NCBI RefSeq assembly: GCF_009914755.1
Contig: NC_060929.1
Direction: 5' to 3' (one strand)
Origin: the human T2T-CHM13v2.0 reference genome, Homo sapiens
Length of the DNA stretch: 64,000 nucleotides
In this document: positions 40,966 to 55,662 of the stretch, piece by piece
Layout of the letters: the number at the start of each line of letters is the position of its first letter
Position numbering within the stretch: position 1 is the stretch's first letter
Notes under the pieces: generated by a model
Seen by the model: the letters and a program-made list of their open reading frames with translations, nothing else
What the model was told of the DNA's origin: nothing
The model's database searches: none
Translations under genes and position numbers: made by a program

Positions 40966-43900
40966 AAAGCATCACAATATCTCCTGAAGGAAACAAGGAA
41001 AAACAGACAGGATGCAGATGGAAAGACAAAGTGACTGGAAAAAGAAAATGCATGTATTATAAGGTAGTTTTGTGAACTGTGAAATTTTCTGTTACAGGAA
41101 GCATTGAGGCCTGTCTGTGTGGAAGGAGGACCCTCTAGACCAGTCCCATTGGGCACCCTGGCTTCTTGGCATTCGCTTCCTCCATCCCTGGCATTTCTTC
41201 TAGGCCCTTCCCACTTCCACTGTGCCCTTTGAACACTAGCAAGAACACCGCTGTCTGGTTTTATCCCAAGGCAGGCCACAAGGGCTTTACAGGGCACATG
41301 TCCTGTGCCCAGCTTCATGAGTAACACCTACACTAAAAGAAATCACAGCCGGATTCCAATATCCCAGGTGTGTGTACGCTAACGGGGACACTGAGCCACA
41401 GAGGCCATGGTGGACTGGGTAATGAGCCAATGTTTACATCAGACCTGTGCTCACCAGCCATTATTTTCAAAGCAGCCAGAGAGATCTTACTTAAAAAGCA
41501 AATCAAATCTCACCACTTTCTGTTCTGCTTGAAACTCTCATGGCTCTCCCTTGCATATAAAATATAATCTAAACTCCTGTGAGGTCCACCAGACCTCCCC
41601 CGACCACCACCTTCCCAGCCTCATTTCATGCCCCCTCAATTCCTGCACTGGCCAATTTTCATTGCCTCCCTCCTCCCTGCCTCAGGTGCATGCTAGTCCC
41701 TCTATCCAGAATGTATTCTTTCCTATGCTCCATGGGGACAAACTCTTGCCCCTCCTTTGAGTCTCTATCTAAACCTCATTACCTCAGTGAAGCTATCCCT
41801 TAGCCCCAGGCCAGGTTGTGGTCCCTGGTTATAGTACCATAAAGCACCTCTATTCCTTCACTACCCACTTCCAATTATTTGTTTAAAGTTTATCTTCCCT
41901 GATAGAATCTAAGCTCCACACAGGTATATCTGATGTGCTTACCATTCTCTCCCAAGAGCTGTAGTAATCATGGAGGATATAGTTGAGGGTTATGTGGGTG
42001 TTCTAGCCCAGCCACTTACTCTAGTCAGTTATGTGCCTCAAGCAACTCCCTTCTGACCTCTCGGCCTCAGTTTCCCCAACTGCAAAATAAGACAGCTGGG
42101 CTGAGTAACCTCTGAGTTCTCTCATGATTCTAATGTTCCAGGTTTGACAACTTGAGGACCCTTATGCTATAGCTTCAGCCTAAAGCAAAATAATTTTAGA
42201 GCAATGCCACTCAGGAAGGAAGACCCTGGGAATGTAAGTCCCCTCCTTGGTGTAGGCCGTGTTTACATAATAAACCCAAGAAATCATCATAAATCATTCC
42301 AAGTGGAGCTCCCTGGGTTGAAGCAACAAGACAAAAATACCTCTGGGCTCTGTTCCTCTGGGCCCCCACCCAGCTTAAGAGAAACAGGGCCAGCCAGCAC
42401 TGTGCCTTCTGAAAAATCAGTGGTCAGAATTTTCTTTCTGTACAGGGCCCCTCAATGCGCCCTTCTCTCCTACCCTTTGAACTTCGATTCTCTTCTAGTG
42501 CCTTTCTGTTTTCTAGTGCCTTACAAAGAGAAAATGTCCTGAGAAGACCAGGGACTGAGTTCTAGGTCAGCCACTGCTGAGATGTGTGTAACTCTCCATA
42601 AATAATTCCTTCCTTGTGATCCATAGTCTCAGCTCTGTTGCATAGGGGTTATAGCTGGCCTCTAATGACATTGAAAAAACACATGGGGGAAATATTTTTT
42701 AAACCTTAAAGGGCCATACAAATGCATGGATTGCTTTTGGCCATTATTTCTGACTTGTTCACTAACTAAAAGGTACTCAAGAGGCCACCTGGAGTTTCTA
42801 TTTTATCTCTAATTGGAGAACGAAAAGTTTGGTCCTCAGGTCAAAAAGTCTCAGGCATCTGGGTAGCAGGTGGTTGAATTGCCCTGGACTGGCCCTAAAG
42901 GCAGATCTAATTCAAGGCTTCAGTATGTGCCTGAGTTTGGGTCAGGAACCATAACTTTAAACCAGCTTTAGTCCCAAAATTTGCTACCAGGTTCAAGAAA
43001 GTCTTTTAGGCCCTGTGGCCTGAAAAGGTTTAAAGTAGCAGTGTAGCTGAGGGGTTCAGAGAATGTACTTTGATGCCAGACAGGCCTTGGTTGAGTTTCT
43101 CTCTGCCACTTGCCAGCTGTGTGAGTTTCTGTTTTCTCTTCAAAGAAATAGAATTCACTGCTCTCATTATGGAAAGTGCCAATGCATGTGAAGCATGTAG
43201 CTTAGTATGCATGCAACTGGTTAGTCATTCAAAAAGTCATGTTATTGTTATTGCCCTTTGTATTCCAGAGCCAGAAGCCATACCCCCCACCCACCCTAGC
43301 CTTGTCCAAATTCCCTGAGTATTCTTTCCACTTCCTGCCTTGTCTAACCCTGGCCTTGCTCATCTTGTTTTCCTCTCTCCAACAATTCTACAAGACAGAT
43401 ACTTCCACATTTACCTTATTTTACTTAATATTGCTCAGGACATACCTCTGCAAGCAAAAGTTCTGGAAAAGGAAGTTTCTTGGTCAACAAGTATACTAAA
43501 TTCAAGTGCCATTACAGAGACACCTGGGCATCTAAGCAATAGATGCTGAAGAAATAGATGCCCGGACCATTGGAGGCTGAAATTTTTTAGATCTGGCTGT
43601 GCCACTATGACAATTGCCAAGATATTTAACATTCTCCAGCCTTTAGGCTTCCTAGCTGTAGAACTAAAACATCAATTTTAAAAATGTATAAACCTTTTAT
43701 TCTAGCTAGACGAAACTCTTTCCCTCTAATAAATCTTTTGCAGAAGCCCAATATATAAAATATTTAACCAAATACAATCTGCTACAACTGTAGGAGGGGA
43801 GGACAGACTCGTGCCTGATGCCTTTTCTCATCTTCTCCTGGTCTTGCCCCTTCCCCTCATCCCCAGGGCAGCCTGGAAGCTCCCATGCATATCCATAAGG

Positions 43901-44515
43901 CTTCATAGAGTTCCATTTATGTGACCTCTTTGTGCCTTATTCCTTACCTGTTGAAAGAGGATAATAACTAATTCTAATTCAAAGAAAAATAAAATGAGTT
44001 AATATAGATAAAGCCCTTGGCACAGTGCCTGGCCTAATATAAGTGCTCAGTAACTGTTGGGTGTCACTGTTATTACTGCTGCCACTTGATTAAGGTGTCT
44101 GCCAGCCAGAAGCATTAGGCACCTGTGACCTTTAGAGGCACCATGAAAACACGCAAATGTACGGAGATTGTTAATTGCCCCCACCACTCACCACCCCACT
44201 CCATTGTCTTCATGGACACAGTTCGAAATATCATGTTATTTCACAAGACGGGCAAATTCTGTTTCTACTGAAAGCATGTGTTTTATAAAACAATATTTTG
44301 GTCACTCCTTGATTTATTTGGCAAACATTTACAGAGCTCTCATTCTGTGTGCCAAGGTTGAGGCTAGGAATATAAGTTGAGTCTAGAGAACTCACAATAA
44401 TGATACCAGTCTATGTTTTGTGGCTGGTGACCCATGCAGTCATTCAACCTGCAAATATTGTGCTTAACTGTGAGCCACACAGTATGCTAAGGATGCAGCC
44501 ACAGTCAAGAAACAC

Positions 44516-44831
<316 letters not shown>

Positions 44832-46007
44832 CTAGAAATGACAGGGAAGGGAAGATCCACAGGTGCCAAGGATTAGGAAGGTGGAATAGGGATGAAAAGT
44901 CAAGACTTCAGCAGAGCTGGATTCAAGAGAGGAATAAGGATGTAACCTCAGGTGAGGTGGGACTACAGAGAACAGCATGTACAAGTTATTTATCCAAGAG
45001 ATTTCCAAGAACACTATTGTTTGCTTCCATTAATTTGCTCCGAAGAGGACATATTCTACTTTTTTGGGCACCAACTTTTTAAAAAATAACCTCTTACATA
45101 AACAATTATTGAAGGGACATTTGTCATAAGCAAATCTTAAACTCATTCTAGAATTAATCTTCTCTATGATTAATAGACCAGAATCTTGTTTCACACAACT
45201 TTCATTCTGGGAAGTTAATTTGAAAAAAAAAAAAAAAAGTCAATTTCATTTAAAGGAAACTGAGCATGACTTGAATATGGTACACAGGAAAGAGCTAACG
45301 ATTTGAATAAGAAGACCTGAGTTTGCATGCCAGCTTCTTACTAATTGGAAACTTCCTCTCTCTGAACCAGTTTCTTCTTTGGTAAAACTGGGGAGGGCAG
45401 ATCTAACACCCACCACAAAACGGGAATATCCTATGAAAAAACAGGTGGGAACACAACCTGTAGATGTTACAGCATACATAAGCCATTTGTATTTATTTTA
45501 ATAACTTCCTTTCTCTGTTCCTTTGTTTTTCTTGTCCCCATGCATAATGAAATGATAATAACTGGATCATTTTCATCGCTCCTGTTTCTTTCCTTTCAAG
45601 AACAAAGGATAAATATCTAACAATGGCATTACAATTCTTTTGGGGCTCAATAGTGTCACCAAGGAATGTCCAATACAATCTATCAGCAAAGCCCATTCAA
45701 ACAAAGAGCCTCTTTGGGCTGCCCTAAGATCCAAAAAGAGCAGGCTGGGCTCTCTCTTGTCAAAGACAGCCATTCTGAGCTAGAGTCCAGCCTCCAGACC
45801 CCTACTATCTGCCCCTAGACACCTAGGAGCTTTCAGTTTATTCCCACAGACCCCATGATAGAGCCTGGTTCTGCCCTTCCCATTGTCCTCTCTCCCATCC
45901 CCACCACAGCAGCTCTTCCCCAGACCGCACATTTTTCACATCTGAATTCACCACTTATTGCCTCAGTGTGTCCTCAGTCATGTTGGTTAAGGTCTCTGTG
46001 CTTTGTT

Positions 46008-46275
46008 TTTTAAAATTTCTATAGATACAAAATATTTGCAGTACCTATAATATTTTGGGGTACACATAATATTTTAATACATGCATAGAACGGGAATGAT
46101 CAAGTCAAGGTATTTAGAATATCCATAACTTTGAGTATTTATCATTTCTATGTGTTAGGAAAATTTTAAATCCTCTCTTCTAGCTATTTTGAAATATGCA
46201 ATACATTGTTTGCTAACTATAGTCACCCTACTCTGCTATTGAACATTCGAAGTTATTTCTTCTATCTTGCTATAT
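46008..46275 (-). mobile_element. L1MA-type 3' end
   Basis: GGGGTACA...AATGATCAAGTCAAGGTATTTAG...CTATAGTCACCCTACTCTGCTAT. Confidence 0.75.
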
Positions 46276-46427
46276 GTACTTGGCATTATTTTAATCCATA
46301 AAAAGGACATGATGAAAGAAGTTACCCCCATAGGATTGTTTTCAGCAGTAAAGGTTGTTATTCATTTTAAGGACTTCACACAATTTGAGGCAATTATAAA
46401 TATTCAGGAAGTATTTCCTATTACCAA

Positions 46428-46885
46428 TTTTTCCTTCTTTCCTCCTCCCTTCCTTCTTTCCTTCTTCCCTTCTTCTCTCTTCCCCTTCTTTTTTCCTTCC
46501 TCCCTCCCTCCTTCTCTTCCTCCTTCCCTCTTTCCCACCTATTTCCTTCCTCTTCTCTTTCTCTTCTTTCTTCCCTCCCTCCCTCTCATTCTCTTTCCCT
46601 CCCTCCCTCTCTCTTTCTCTCCCTTTCTCCTTCCTTCCCCCTTGCTTTCCTTCCCCCTCTCTCCTCTTTCCCTTCTCTCTCCCTCCTTTCCTCTTTCTCC
46701 CTCCCTCCTTCCCAGCTGCTCTTCCTTTCTCTTTTTCCTTCCTTCTTTCCTTTCCTCTCTCTCTTTCTCCTCCCCTCATTTCCTCCCTTGCTTCCTTCCT
46801 CCCTATTCTGCCACTAACCCTTACTTCCTCCTTGCCTTTCACTCTCTCTTCTTTCTGTCTCCCCTCACTCCCTTGCCCTTGCCTT
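46428..46885. repeat. Polypyrimidine (CT-rich) low-complexity tract
   Basis: About 450 bp of almost pure C/T. Confidence 0.97.
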
Positions 46886-47844
46886 CATGTACCTCAGTCC
46901 CTACCTCCCCTTACCCTGACAGCCTCCCCAGGCCTGAGCCCATATGGAGTTGGCTCCCACAGTGGCTCTCCTGCAGGAACAGAGTCAGGCTTAGCTGCTC
47001 CCAGGGCTGGGATCTATCAGCCAAACCAGTACTTGACTTTAGGGTATTTCTAGGACTTAAATTACATTTGTGGAGCCACTAGCCATTATTTTTGGGAATT
47101 CTAAGAGGCCCAAAGTCCCTGAGGACTGAGAGAAGATAAATGTTGTATTGCCCATCTTTGCTTAAAAGTGAGCAAGATTGATTCTGGTCATTTTAAACAG
47201 TTCTTTTAATATCTGGGCAACTCTCCACTAAGTCCTCTCCAATCTACTAGCATGAGGACTCAGCTGAGTCCTGAAGTTCTTCTCATCCTTCTTCTGTCCC
47301 TTGTTTCTTTCCCAGCCTGAATCTGGCATCACGCCCTGACACTCACAGACTTTTCTCGCTCCTCTGCTGAACTCTGAACTCTCAGGGACATGAACAGGGA
47401 CATGTTTACAATGCTTTAATTACCCTGAGATGCCTTAACTCAGAGAATTTGGATTCAAAAGGACCTAGGTTTAAATACTGCCTTTGGCACTTTGTTCTTA
47501 TGACCTTGCACAGATTATTTAATTGCACTATGTCCATTTGCCTATTTGCTCACTCAACAAATATTCATTGAGCCTCTACAACATTCCAGATGCTGTGCTA
47601 GTTATTAGAGATGAAGTGGTGAACACGGCAGGCATAGCCTTTGCCCACAAGCAGCTGAGAGTGGAGGAGATATCTAACAACTGAAATCACAAGCAAATGA
47701 ACAAAAATAATAAGTTGTGATGAGTACTATGAATAAAACATTCCGGAGCTAGGCTAAGCAATAACAAGGTGGGAGAAAGTAGAGATACCTATTTCAATAC
47801 GGTGCACAGAGATGGCTTAGAGCTGCACTGGCTTAGAGATAGCC

Positions 47845-48060
47845 CCAGTGCTATCCATATTTTGGCCTAATACTTATTTGTTGGAGTATGGAGGGACTGT
47901 CTTGTGCATTGAATGACATTTAGCAGCATCCTTGACCTCTGCCCACCAAATGCCAGTAGCCATCCCCAGCCACACTGTCACAACCCAAAATGTCTCCAAG
48001 ACATTGTTAATGTCCCTGGGAAAGCATGAGAGGGCCAATCATCTCCAGTTGGGAAGCTCT
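47845..48060. mobile_element. MER20-like hAT DNA transposon relic
   Basis: TTTAGCAGCATCCTTGACCTCTGCCCACCAAATGCCAGTAGC...ACAACCCAAAATGTCTCCAAGACATTG. Confidence 0.65.
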
Positions 48061-48359
48061 GGCATAGAGTATGGGCTTTGCTGTTGCACAGATTTGGGTT
48101 TGAGTCTCCCCTCATTTATTTACTTGCCATGGTGACTTTGAATAGGAAACTAAGCTCTCTAAGCCTCAGTTTCCTCACAGGTGAAATGGGGATATTATCA
48201 ACATCATCTTGTAATGTCGTTAGAGGAATAAATGAGATAGCAACCAGTCCATAGTAAGTTCTCAATAATATGGTGATTATTGCCGACACTATTATCATCA
48301 CATATGTCTCTCCAACTGGCCACTAGCCCCTTGGGGACAGGAACTGGCCCATAATCACA

Positions 48360-48786
48360 TGCTATAGTTTGGATATTTGACCCCTCCAAACTTCAGTTTG
48401 AATGTTGACCCCCAGAGTTGGAGGCGGGGCCTCATGAGAGGGTGAGAGGTATCTGGGTCATGGGAGCAGATTCCTCATGAATGACTTTGTGCCTTCCTGA
48501 GGTAATGAATGAGTTCTCACTCTGCAGTTCAGGTGAGAGCTGGTTGTTTAAAAGGGCATGGCACCTCTCCCCTCCCTCTCTCTTCTTTCACCTCTTACCA
48601 TGTGACATGCTGCCTCCCCTTCACCTTCTTCTGTGATTGGAAGCTTCCTGAGGCCTCACCAGGAGCAGATGCTGATGCCATGCTTCTTGTACAGTCTATA
48701 GAACTGTATGCCAAATAGACCTCTTTTATTTATGAATTATTCAACCTCAGGTATTCTTTTATAGCAACACAAATCAACTAAGACAC
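48360..48786 (+). mobile_element. MST-type MaLR solo LTR
   Basis: TGCTATAGTTTGGATATTTG...GGAAGCTTCCTGAGGCCTCACCAG...TTTATAGCAACACAAATCAACTAAGACA. Confidence 0.85.
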
Positions 48787-51700
48787 CAGATTTATACCCC
48801 CAGCTCACAGCACAGAAGCCAAGACACCTTACAAACCTGGTAAACCTCTGCAGTGAAATCTAATAAGTCCCCACACAGACTGGATGGACAGAGAAGGCAA
48901 CCAATGCCAAGTAAATGACTGTGACTTTGATTTGACCCCAGGCAATTCCAGTCTCTGTGCTGCCCTGCTAAGAGAAGGGAGAAGGTTGCATGAAAGCTTA
49001 TTCCCCCGACAGGGAGTGGCTGATGAAAGATTATATTGCCATTGGTCTTCCTCTTCTCCTCTGAACAATTGCAGGGGCCTTTCCTCTTCCCATTTGGCTG
49101 ATGTGAAACTCCTGATTCTCTTTTGCATAACAGATTTCACCTCTGTTCAGCCTTTGTGGCCCAGCCAGTAGACCAAAGGGCATTTATTTCCATATTTCCC
49201 TGCTGATCTAGGGTAACCAGGTTGACACTTTGTTGCCTCTCTGGTTCTTTCTGGGCACTCAGTGGAACTAGGATAGTTCCTATCCCCACAGAACTGAGTT
49301 TAAGCAGAGAGACCAAGTCCAGCTTCCTCCAGCCCCTTTGTTATTCCTTCTTTCTATCTCTCCCCACCTCATCACCCTTAAAGTCCTTACAGATCTAACA
49401 GTCCAGGGTTCATTTATCTTTATAGAGCCCTGAGAGATTCCTCCATGGGAGAGACAAAAGCAAATCAGAAGGGCATTGGCCTTAGCAGTTTCCTTTCCTA
49501 AAAAATTATTTCAAATACTTTCCAAGACCTTGCTTGTCCCTGTGCCTGGCAATACCTACTCAAGTCCCCTACTGCCTCTAGATCCTGTGTTGACGCAATT
49601 TTGGCAGGAGAAGATTGGCTCTGATTTTAAAAAGAGTATTTCCTGAGAAATGATAATGTATGAGATTCTGTTCTGGGCCCTGCAATGGCTACAAAAATAC
49701 TAGGCCCACTGATCTGTGAGTTCTTGTAGCACCTGCACAAAAGTGATCAATATATGTTTGTCGAATGAGGACATGGCCCTAAAAGGAGAGATGAGAAGAC
49801 AAGCATCTGTTGAACACCTGCCATGTACTAGGACCTTATTAGGCATCTAGGTACAAAGGTGAACAAGATATAATCCTGTAAAAAAACTGAGACCTGGTGG
49901 AGACAGGTCCGTTCACAAAAAAATGTAATATCACTTGATAAGTGCTGAGAGAATGCTATGTGTATGCAGCAGGGTGATACTCAGCCCAGCCTGGACTTAG
50001 GGAAACCTTCCTAGAAGAGATGATGCCTGAATTGAGTCATGAAAAATGGGAATGAGTTAGCATAAAAGATATCCTAGAAAACAACCAGAGACATGAAAGG
50101 GCATATGATCTGCTGGGAACTGCAGGCAACTGGGAATGACTAAAATGTCAAGGAAAAGGTAGGAAGAGGCAGAGGATTAGAAAGCAGACACAGTCAGGGC
50201 TGGGCACTGGAGGGAACTGCCAGGATTCTGCTGCCCTGCTGCCTCTCCTTCAGGGTCTGTATCTGCTGCAGGGAGCCCCTGGCCTGGCCTGAGTCCCCTC
50301 CAGCAACTGAAGGAGGTGGTGCCCTGAGGGCCTGGCCATCTTGCCCCTCTGTGGGTGACACTGAAGGACAATATTCACTCCTTACTGGGTTGTCTGAGGG
50401 TTTGTCGGGCCTGCTTCAACTTCTTCATCTGCCTAGTACTGTGTCCTCCCCAGTCCTTTCATAGGTATTGATTCGTATAAACATTTTCCACTACAAGCCC
50501 CATCTTCACATCCACTTCTGTGAACCCAGCTTGCACCAGCCTTGGATGCCAAACCAGGGGTTTGGATGCGTTTTGTCACTATCAATATTCAGTTATTGTT
50601 CCTTTGCAACACAGACACTCCACATGTGGTCTGCCCAGATTCGAACATTCTTCAGTATATAGTGGTTACCTAGGCCATGGGCTGGGAACAATTCCCAGAG
50701 AACTGGCTGTAACCAGTTAGTTATACAGAATATCCTTTTACTCCTTTCCCACTTTTAGGTGAGAATTTGTCTTCCTCATTACCCATATCTCTAAGTGGAA
50801 GAACTTCATCTAGAAAACACTTGTCACATCTCTTCCAATAGCCCTCCTCATAGGTGGAAAAGGGAGTTATCTGACTGATCAGTTTAGGAGAAGAGATCTG
50901 AGGTTCTGGTTCTGGGTACCCTCTCTTCTCTCAGGATGGCCTCCCAAAGGAAATGAGACCACCATTTTGTCTGTGCTCAGAGCCATGCAGAAAGCTTGTT
51001 GGGGCCCATGCTGTCCCCTCCAGGAAGACGTTGGTGGACATGCCTTCCAGGACTGGGTGGGGAGCATTTCCAAGCCCATTCAGCCCCACAGCTAAGCAAT
51101 ACTCCCCAATCTAGCTTGAATCAGCAAGAATGATGACATTTTGATCTTTGCCAATCTAACTCCACTATCTACCTGACACTCAGTTCTGAACTTGGGCAGG
51201 GAAGAGAGATGTTATTTTTCAAGGCCTCTAAAATAACCCAACATTCACAATCCAAAAGCTTACAATGTCTTAATGTATCAATTTATCAGTACTCAAGAAT
51301 ATCAGTAACTGCTATTGCATACATAAATGGTCAAATAAATACATATTGTTCTATCTAAAAGATAGACTCCCACCAATAAGATTAGGTTTATATATTCTAT
51401 GGAGGGCTTCACTCAAGCTCACCAGGGACAATGGGCAGGAGCTATGGGCATGAGGCCATGGACAAAGTGGCTTAAAAACTGCTTTAAACTGCATGAAAGA
51501 ATATTGCCTTCACAGCAATCCAGAGCATGTTTATACAAGGGAGAAGCTAATGAACTTAACGTCAGTGTATTTTGCATTAGGAATGCAGCTGAATATTATG
51601 AGTGTGAGGACTATATAAGACATTTCTAAAAAGATTAAAGGGTCTTTTCCTCTAGTATAGGTTTAGAAAAAAAATCAGACAAGCCTCTTTCTTGGATCAC

Positions 51701-52271
51701 ATACCGGAAGTTAAACAGTGGCAGGATGTCATGGTTTGAAGGGCCATAGACCTTGTTCCTGACCTGATTCACCAACACCAACTGGCTAAACGACCTCTCT
51801 CCAGTCATTTTAACAATCGCAGCTTCAGTTTCCACATCTGTCAAATGGCTATGATAACTTATATGCTCTCACAAGGGGTGTTAGGAGAACCAAGTATAAT
51901 GTTTCATTATAGATCATACTAAGTGATATCATTGACTGGTGCTGTGTCCTGAAAACATTGCTAAGCATTTTTCATGGACTTTCATACTTGATCTTTCACC
52001 TTAAGCAGCTGATATTTTCCCTGCTTAACAGATGAGGAATCTGAGGTGCTGAGAGTTTAAGTAATTATCCCAGGTTCTCATAACTAGCAAGGGTGAGCTA
52101 AATCTTGAGCCCAGATCCCTGATTATCTGACCCCAAGGCCTGTACTTTTAACCACTCTGCTCTATGCCTTATATATTAAAAACAGTGTTGTAGAGTGGGA
52201 AGAATACTGAGTATTAGGTGTATTCCTAGCTCTGCCTCAAATGAGTCATTGGCACTCTCCAGGATCCCATG

Positions 52272-52731
52272 TGTGGAAGATATAATAACGGCCTCCAAAG
52301 ATATCCACACCCTAATCTCTGGAACCTAAGAATATGGTATGACACATGCCAAAGCAGAATTCAGGTTGCAGATGGATTACTGTTGTTAGGCAGCTGACCT
52401 TAAGACAGAGTATCCTAGATTATCCAAGTAGGTCTACCTGAATCAAAAGGGTCCCTAAAAGCAGAAGAGGGCAGCAGAAGAGGAGGTCACAGTGATGTGA
52501 TGTGAGACAGACTCACTCTGCATTGCTCACTTTGAAAATGGAAAAAGAGGCCATGAGCCGAGGAATGCAGGCAGCCTCTAGAAAGAAAGGCAGCCCTGCT
52601 AGCATCTTGATTTTAGTCCAATGCGATGCATATTGGACTTCTGACATACCGAGGTGCAAGATAATAAATTTGTGTGCTTCAAGCCATTAGTTTATGGTAA
52701 TATGTCACAACAGTGATAGAAAGCCAATACA
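52272..52731 (+). mobile_element. MLT1D-like MaLR LTR
   Basis: TGTGGAAG...GGCCTCCAAAGATATCCACACCCTAATCTCTGGAACC...GATAGAAAGCCAATACA. Confidence 0.75.
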
Positions 52732-53171
52732 CTATGCACCTGTTTGTCAAATGAAGGAATTGGGCTTGAAGTTGATTTCTACGGCTTTTGTACCTATGAC
52801 ATCTTTACCAATAGTTTTTTACTCTTTACTCATAAACAGTTCCTTCTAAAGCATGGGAAAGAGCACAGATATAAATGACAAGCAGTTGTTCCTGGAATAT
52901 AACAGGGCATAGAGCCAGAATCTCAACACATGCCTACCTCCTCCCAAACAAAACTGCTTCTGCTACTCTCAGCTCCCCAGGCACCAGTCATCTCCCCCAG
53001 ACCCCTCTCCAGGCCTGGAGTCCGCCGCAGACTGGCAGGCTTTGAGCCTAACACCATTTACTGTTGTGAAGCTGCGTTATTCATGCTGCTTGACAGACAG
53101 TGTCCAAAGTGCCTATTTTAAAATATGAGAAATGGAAAGAAACATGGAGCACCAAGAACAAGAGTCAGGGT

Positions 53172-53203
<32 letters not shown>

Positions 53204-53226
53204 TCTCTCTCTCTTTCTCTCTCTTT
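53172..53226. repeat. (CT)n microsatellite
   Basis: Directly visible. Confidence 0.95.
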
Positions 53227-54171
53227 CCCCCAACTCTATCCCCAGCTGATCCACATTCTGGCTTTATTCCAAAACACTTGAGCCTCTTCTGTCCAAAGCA
53301 TAGTCTCATTTTATATTTTCAGGAGCCATGGGAGACTGAGGGAAAAGGAGTCAGCCAGGTATGAAGGCTGGTGGTGACTAACAAAAGGCTGTTACCTAGG
53401 GGACAAAAGTATTCAATCATCCTTTGTCTTTGTTTTTGTTTTTTGTTTTTTCCAACATGTTGAGATAGACAATAGAGGATGGGGTATAAGAAGAGGAAGA
53501 GAGAATAGAAAGTTCTGAGCACAGAAAGGGAGGAGATATGAGGTCAGCATCCCTCCAGGCTGTAACTCCTGGAAACCTCAGGTGGAGATTCCTGGCAGCA
53601 GTGCGTGGCCTGAAGATCTCTGCAGGGTAATTTCTACAGTCTCTGTCACTGACTATGACAGTGCAATAGGAGCACAGGATGACAGACCTTTCCGACTGCC
53701 CATTTTCATACCCGCTTTTTTATTTTTGCCATAGCACATACCCTCTCTACCATTCTTTACCTTAAATTCTTCTTTAAGTGACATTTTGCTTTAAGAACTC
53801 TTTTCTTTAAAGGACATTTTTAATCATTGTCTGTTATTAAAATGCCTAGTTTTAGATGAGATTTCTCCCCAGTTGCTCACCCTCTTCAGTCCTCTTGTCT
53901 CTCGAGGCTCCTGGGAGGATGATAACTCCCTATACCTCCCGCCTCCTCCTTGAACTCTGCCTTGAGTTAGGTGGCACCTCATGATGGTTCTGGCTGGGAA
54001 GAAGAGACTTGTGTCACTTCCCAGCCAGCCAGAGCAATTAATTACTACTGGGAATCTTTCCAGTGCTGCTGCTTCTGACAAGGAGGCTGCATGTTCCAGG
54101 TGGAGATGCTCAAGGATTCACCTTGTACCTGGATTGCTAAGTCACCAGCTGAGAGTAGTTGCTGTAGAGCT

Positions 54172-54335
54172 GTAGTTTTTCAAAGTGTGGTTCCCAAATC
54201 AGCAGCAACAGCATCACCTGGGAACTTGTTACAGATGCAGATTTTCTGGCCCAACCTAAGAGCTACTGAGTCAGAAACTCTGGGCGGGAGGGGGCAGCAA
54301 TCTGTGTTTGGACAGGGGATTCTGGTGAAAGCAAT
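54172..54335. mobile_element. MER5A-like hAT relic
   Basis: TCAAAGTGTGGTTCCC...CAGCATCACCTGGGAACTTGTTACAGATGCAGATT...TCAGAAACTCTGGG. Confidence 0.75.
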
Positions 54336-55240
54336 GGCTTAGGTTTTCTAAGGCCTATAGGGTCATGTGGCCCCACAACAGACTTTCTATGAGCATGAAA
54401 AAAACTTTGTTGTATTAAGCCACTGAGATAGCTGGAGTGTTTGTCACCAGGATATAACCTAGCTTATCCTGATTGATACACTACTAGAAATGAAAAACAA
54501 GTATACTTTGCCAAAAATAGAAGGTAACTGTAAAGTGCAAACATCATAAAAATAGTTCTATTAAATTTGATGGTTATCACCTGCTAAAGGCTTTCAGCCT
54601 GGAGTCTACTCAAATTTCAATAAAAACGGAGATCAGCACATTTTAAAATGTGGTTAAGGAGATGTTAGCATTAACCTAAGACTTTTTCCTTGAGGAAGAA
54701 CTGACTCAGAATTGGAAAGGGAATATTGACTCTGCAAATCAGTGCTATTCAATGACTCACCATTTTACTGCCTGAAATCATCTCAGATACCACTAGTATT
54801 ATGTGAACTACCCTTTCGGAAAATTGATTGGATCAACCTCTTTGTCTTGTGTTTGTGGAAAGCTGTGGTCCAGAACTGTGAATGTCCTTGTCCATGGTTA
54901 CACAGCAAATTAGAGGCAGAACTCAGACAAGAACCCAGGTCTCCCACAAGCCCTGATCATGGGCACTTATTTTCCCAACACCCGACAACCTTCAGTCTTT
55001 CAGCAGCCATACATCCCCAATTCAGCTCATGGTATTACTGCAGAAACCCAGGCCCCTAACATGACATGCAGGGGGTTGCTGAAAGGAATGGTCAGGGAAG
55101 GGATCCTGAGGTCAGGAAACTCAAAGGCAAATATAAAGCCCCCTCTGATCTCATTTGTGCAGAGAACTGTGGAAGTGGGTAATTAAAGAAAACATAAAGA
55201 AACAGCTAGTATAGTGAAGGAGAAACCAGGAGATGGAGAA

Positions 55241-55662
55241 TGAATTCGTTTCCTGTGGCTGCTGTAACATATTCCCACAACTTGGTAGCTTATTCTCTCA
55301 CTGTCTTAGAAATCTGAAATCACTATCCCTGGGCCCAAAGGTGGACCAGCTCAAGGGGAGAAACTCTTCTTTGCCTCTTCCAGCTTCTGGTGGCTGTGAG
55401 CATTCCTTGACTTGTGGCTGCTTCACTCAACTGTCTGCTTCAGTAATCTCTAACTGCCTCTATTTTGTAAGGATACTGGGATAGCATATAAGGCCTGCCT
55501 GGATAATCTAAAATAATCTCTTAATTCTCAAACTCTTGGGAATTTCATCACATCAGCAAAGACCATTTTTCCAGATAAGGTATTATTTACAGGTTCCTGA
55601 GATTAGGACATGGCTAGGTTGGTAGGTGGGGTGGGGATGTGTGCATTCTTCAACCTACCGTG
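55241..55662 (-). mobile_element. MLT1C/D-like MaLR LTR, degraded
   Basis: TTTCCTGTGGCTGCTGTAACA...CTTCCAGCTTCTGGTGGCTG...ACAGGTTCCTGAGATTAGGACATGG. Confidence 0.7.

Noticed and set aside
46267-47082. 271-aa Pro/Ser/Leu/Phe-rich ORF and the opposite-strand 166-aa Glu/Arg/Lys/Gly-rich ORF
   Set aside because: Both are artefacts of a CT-rich low-complexity tract that lacks stop codons.
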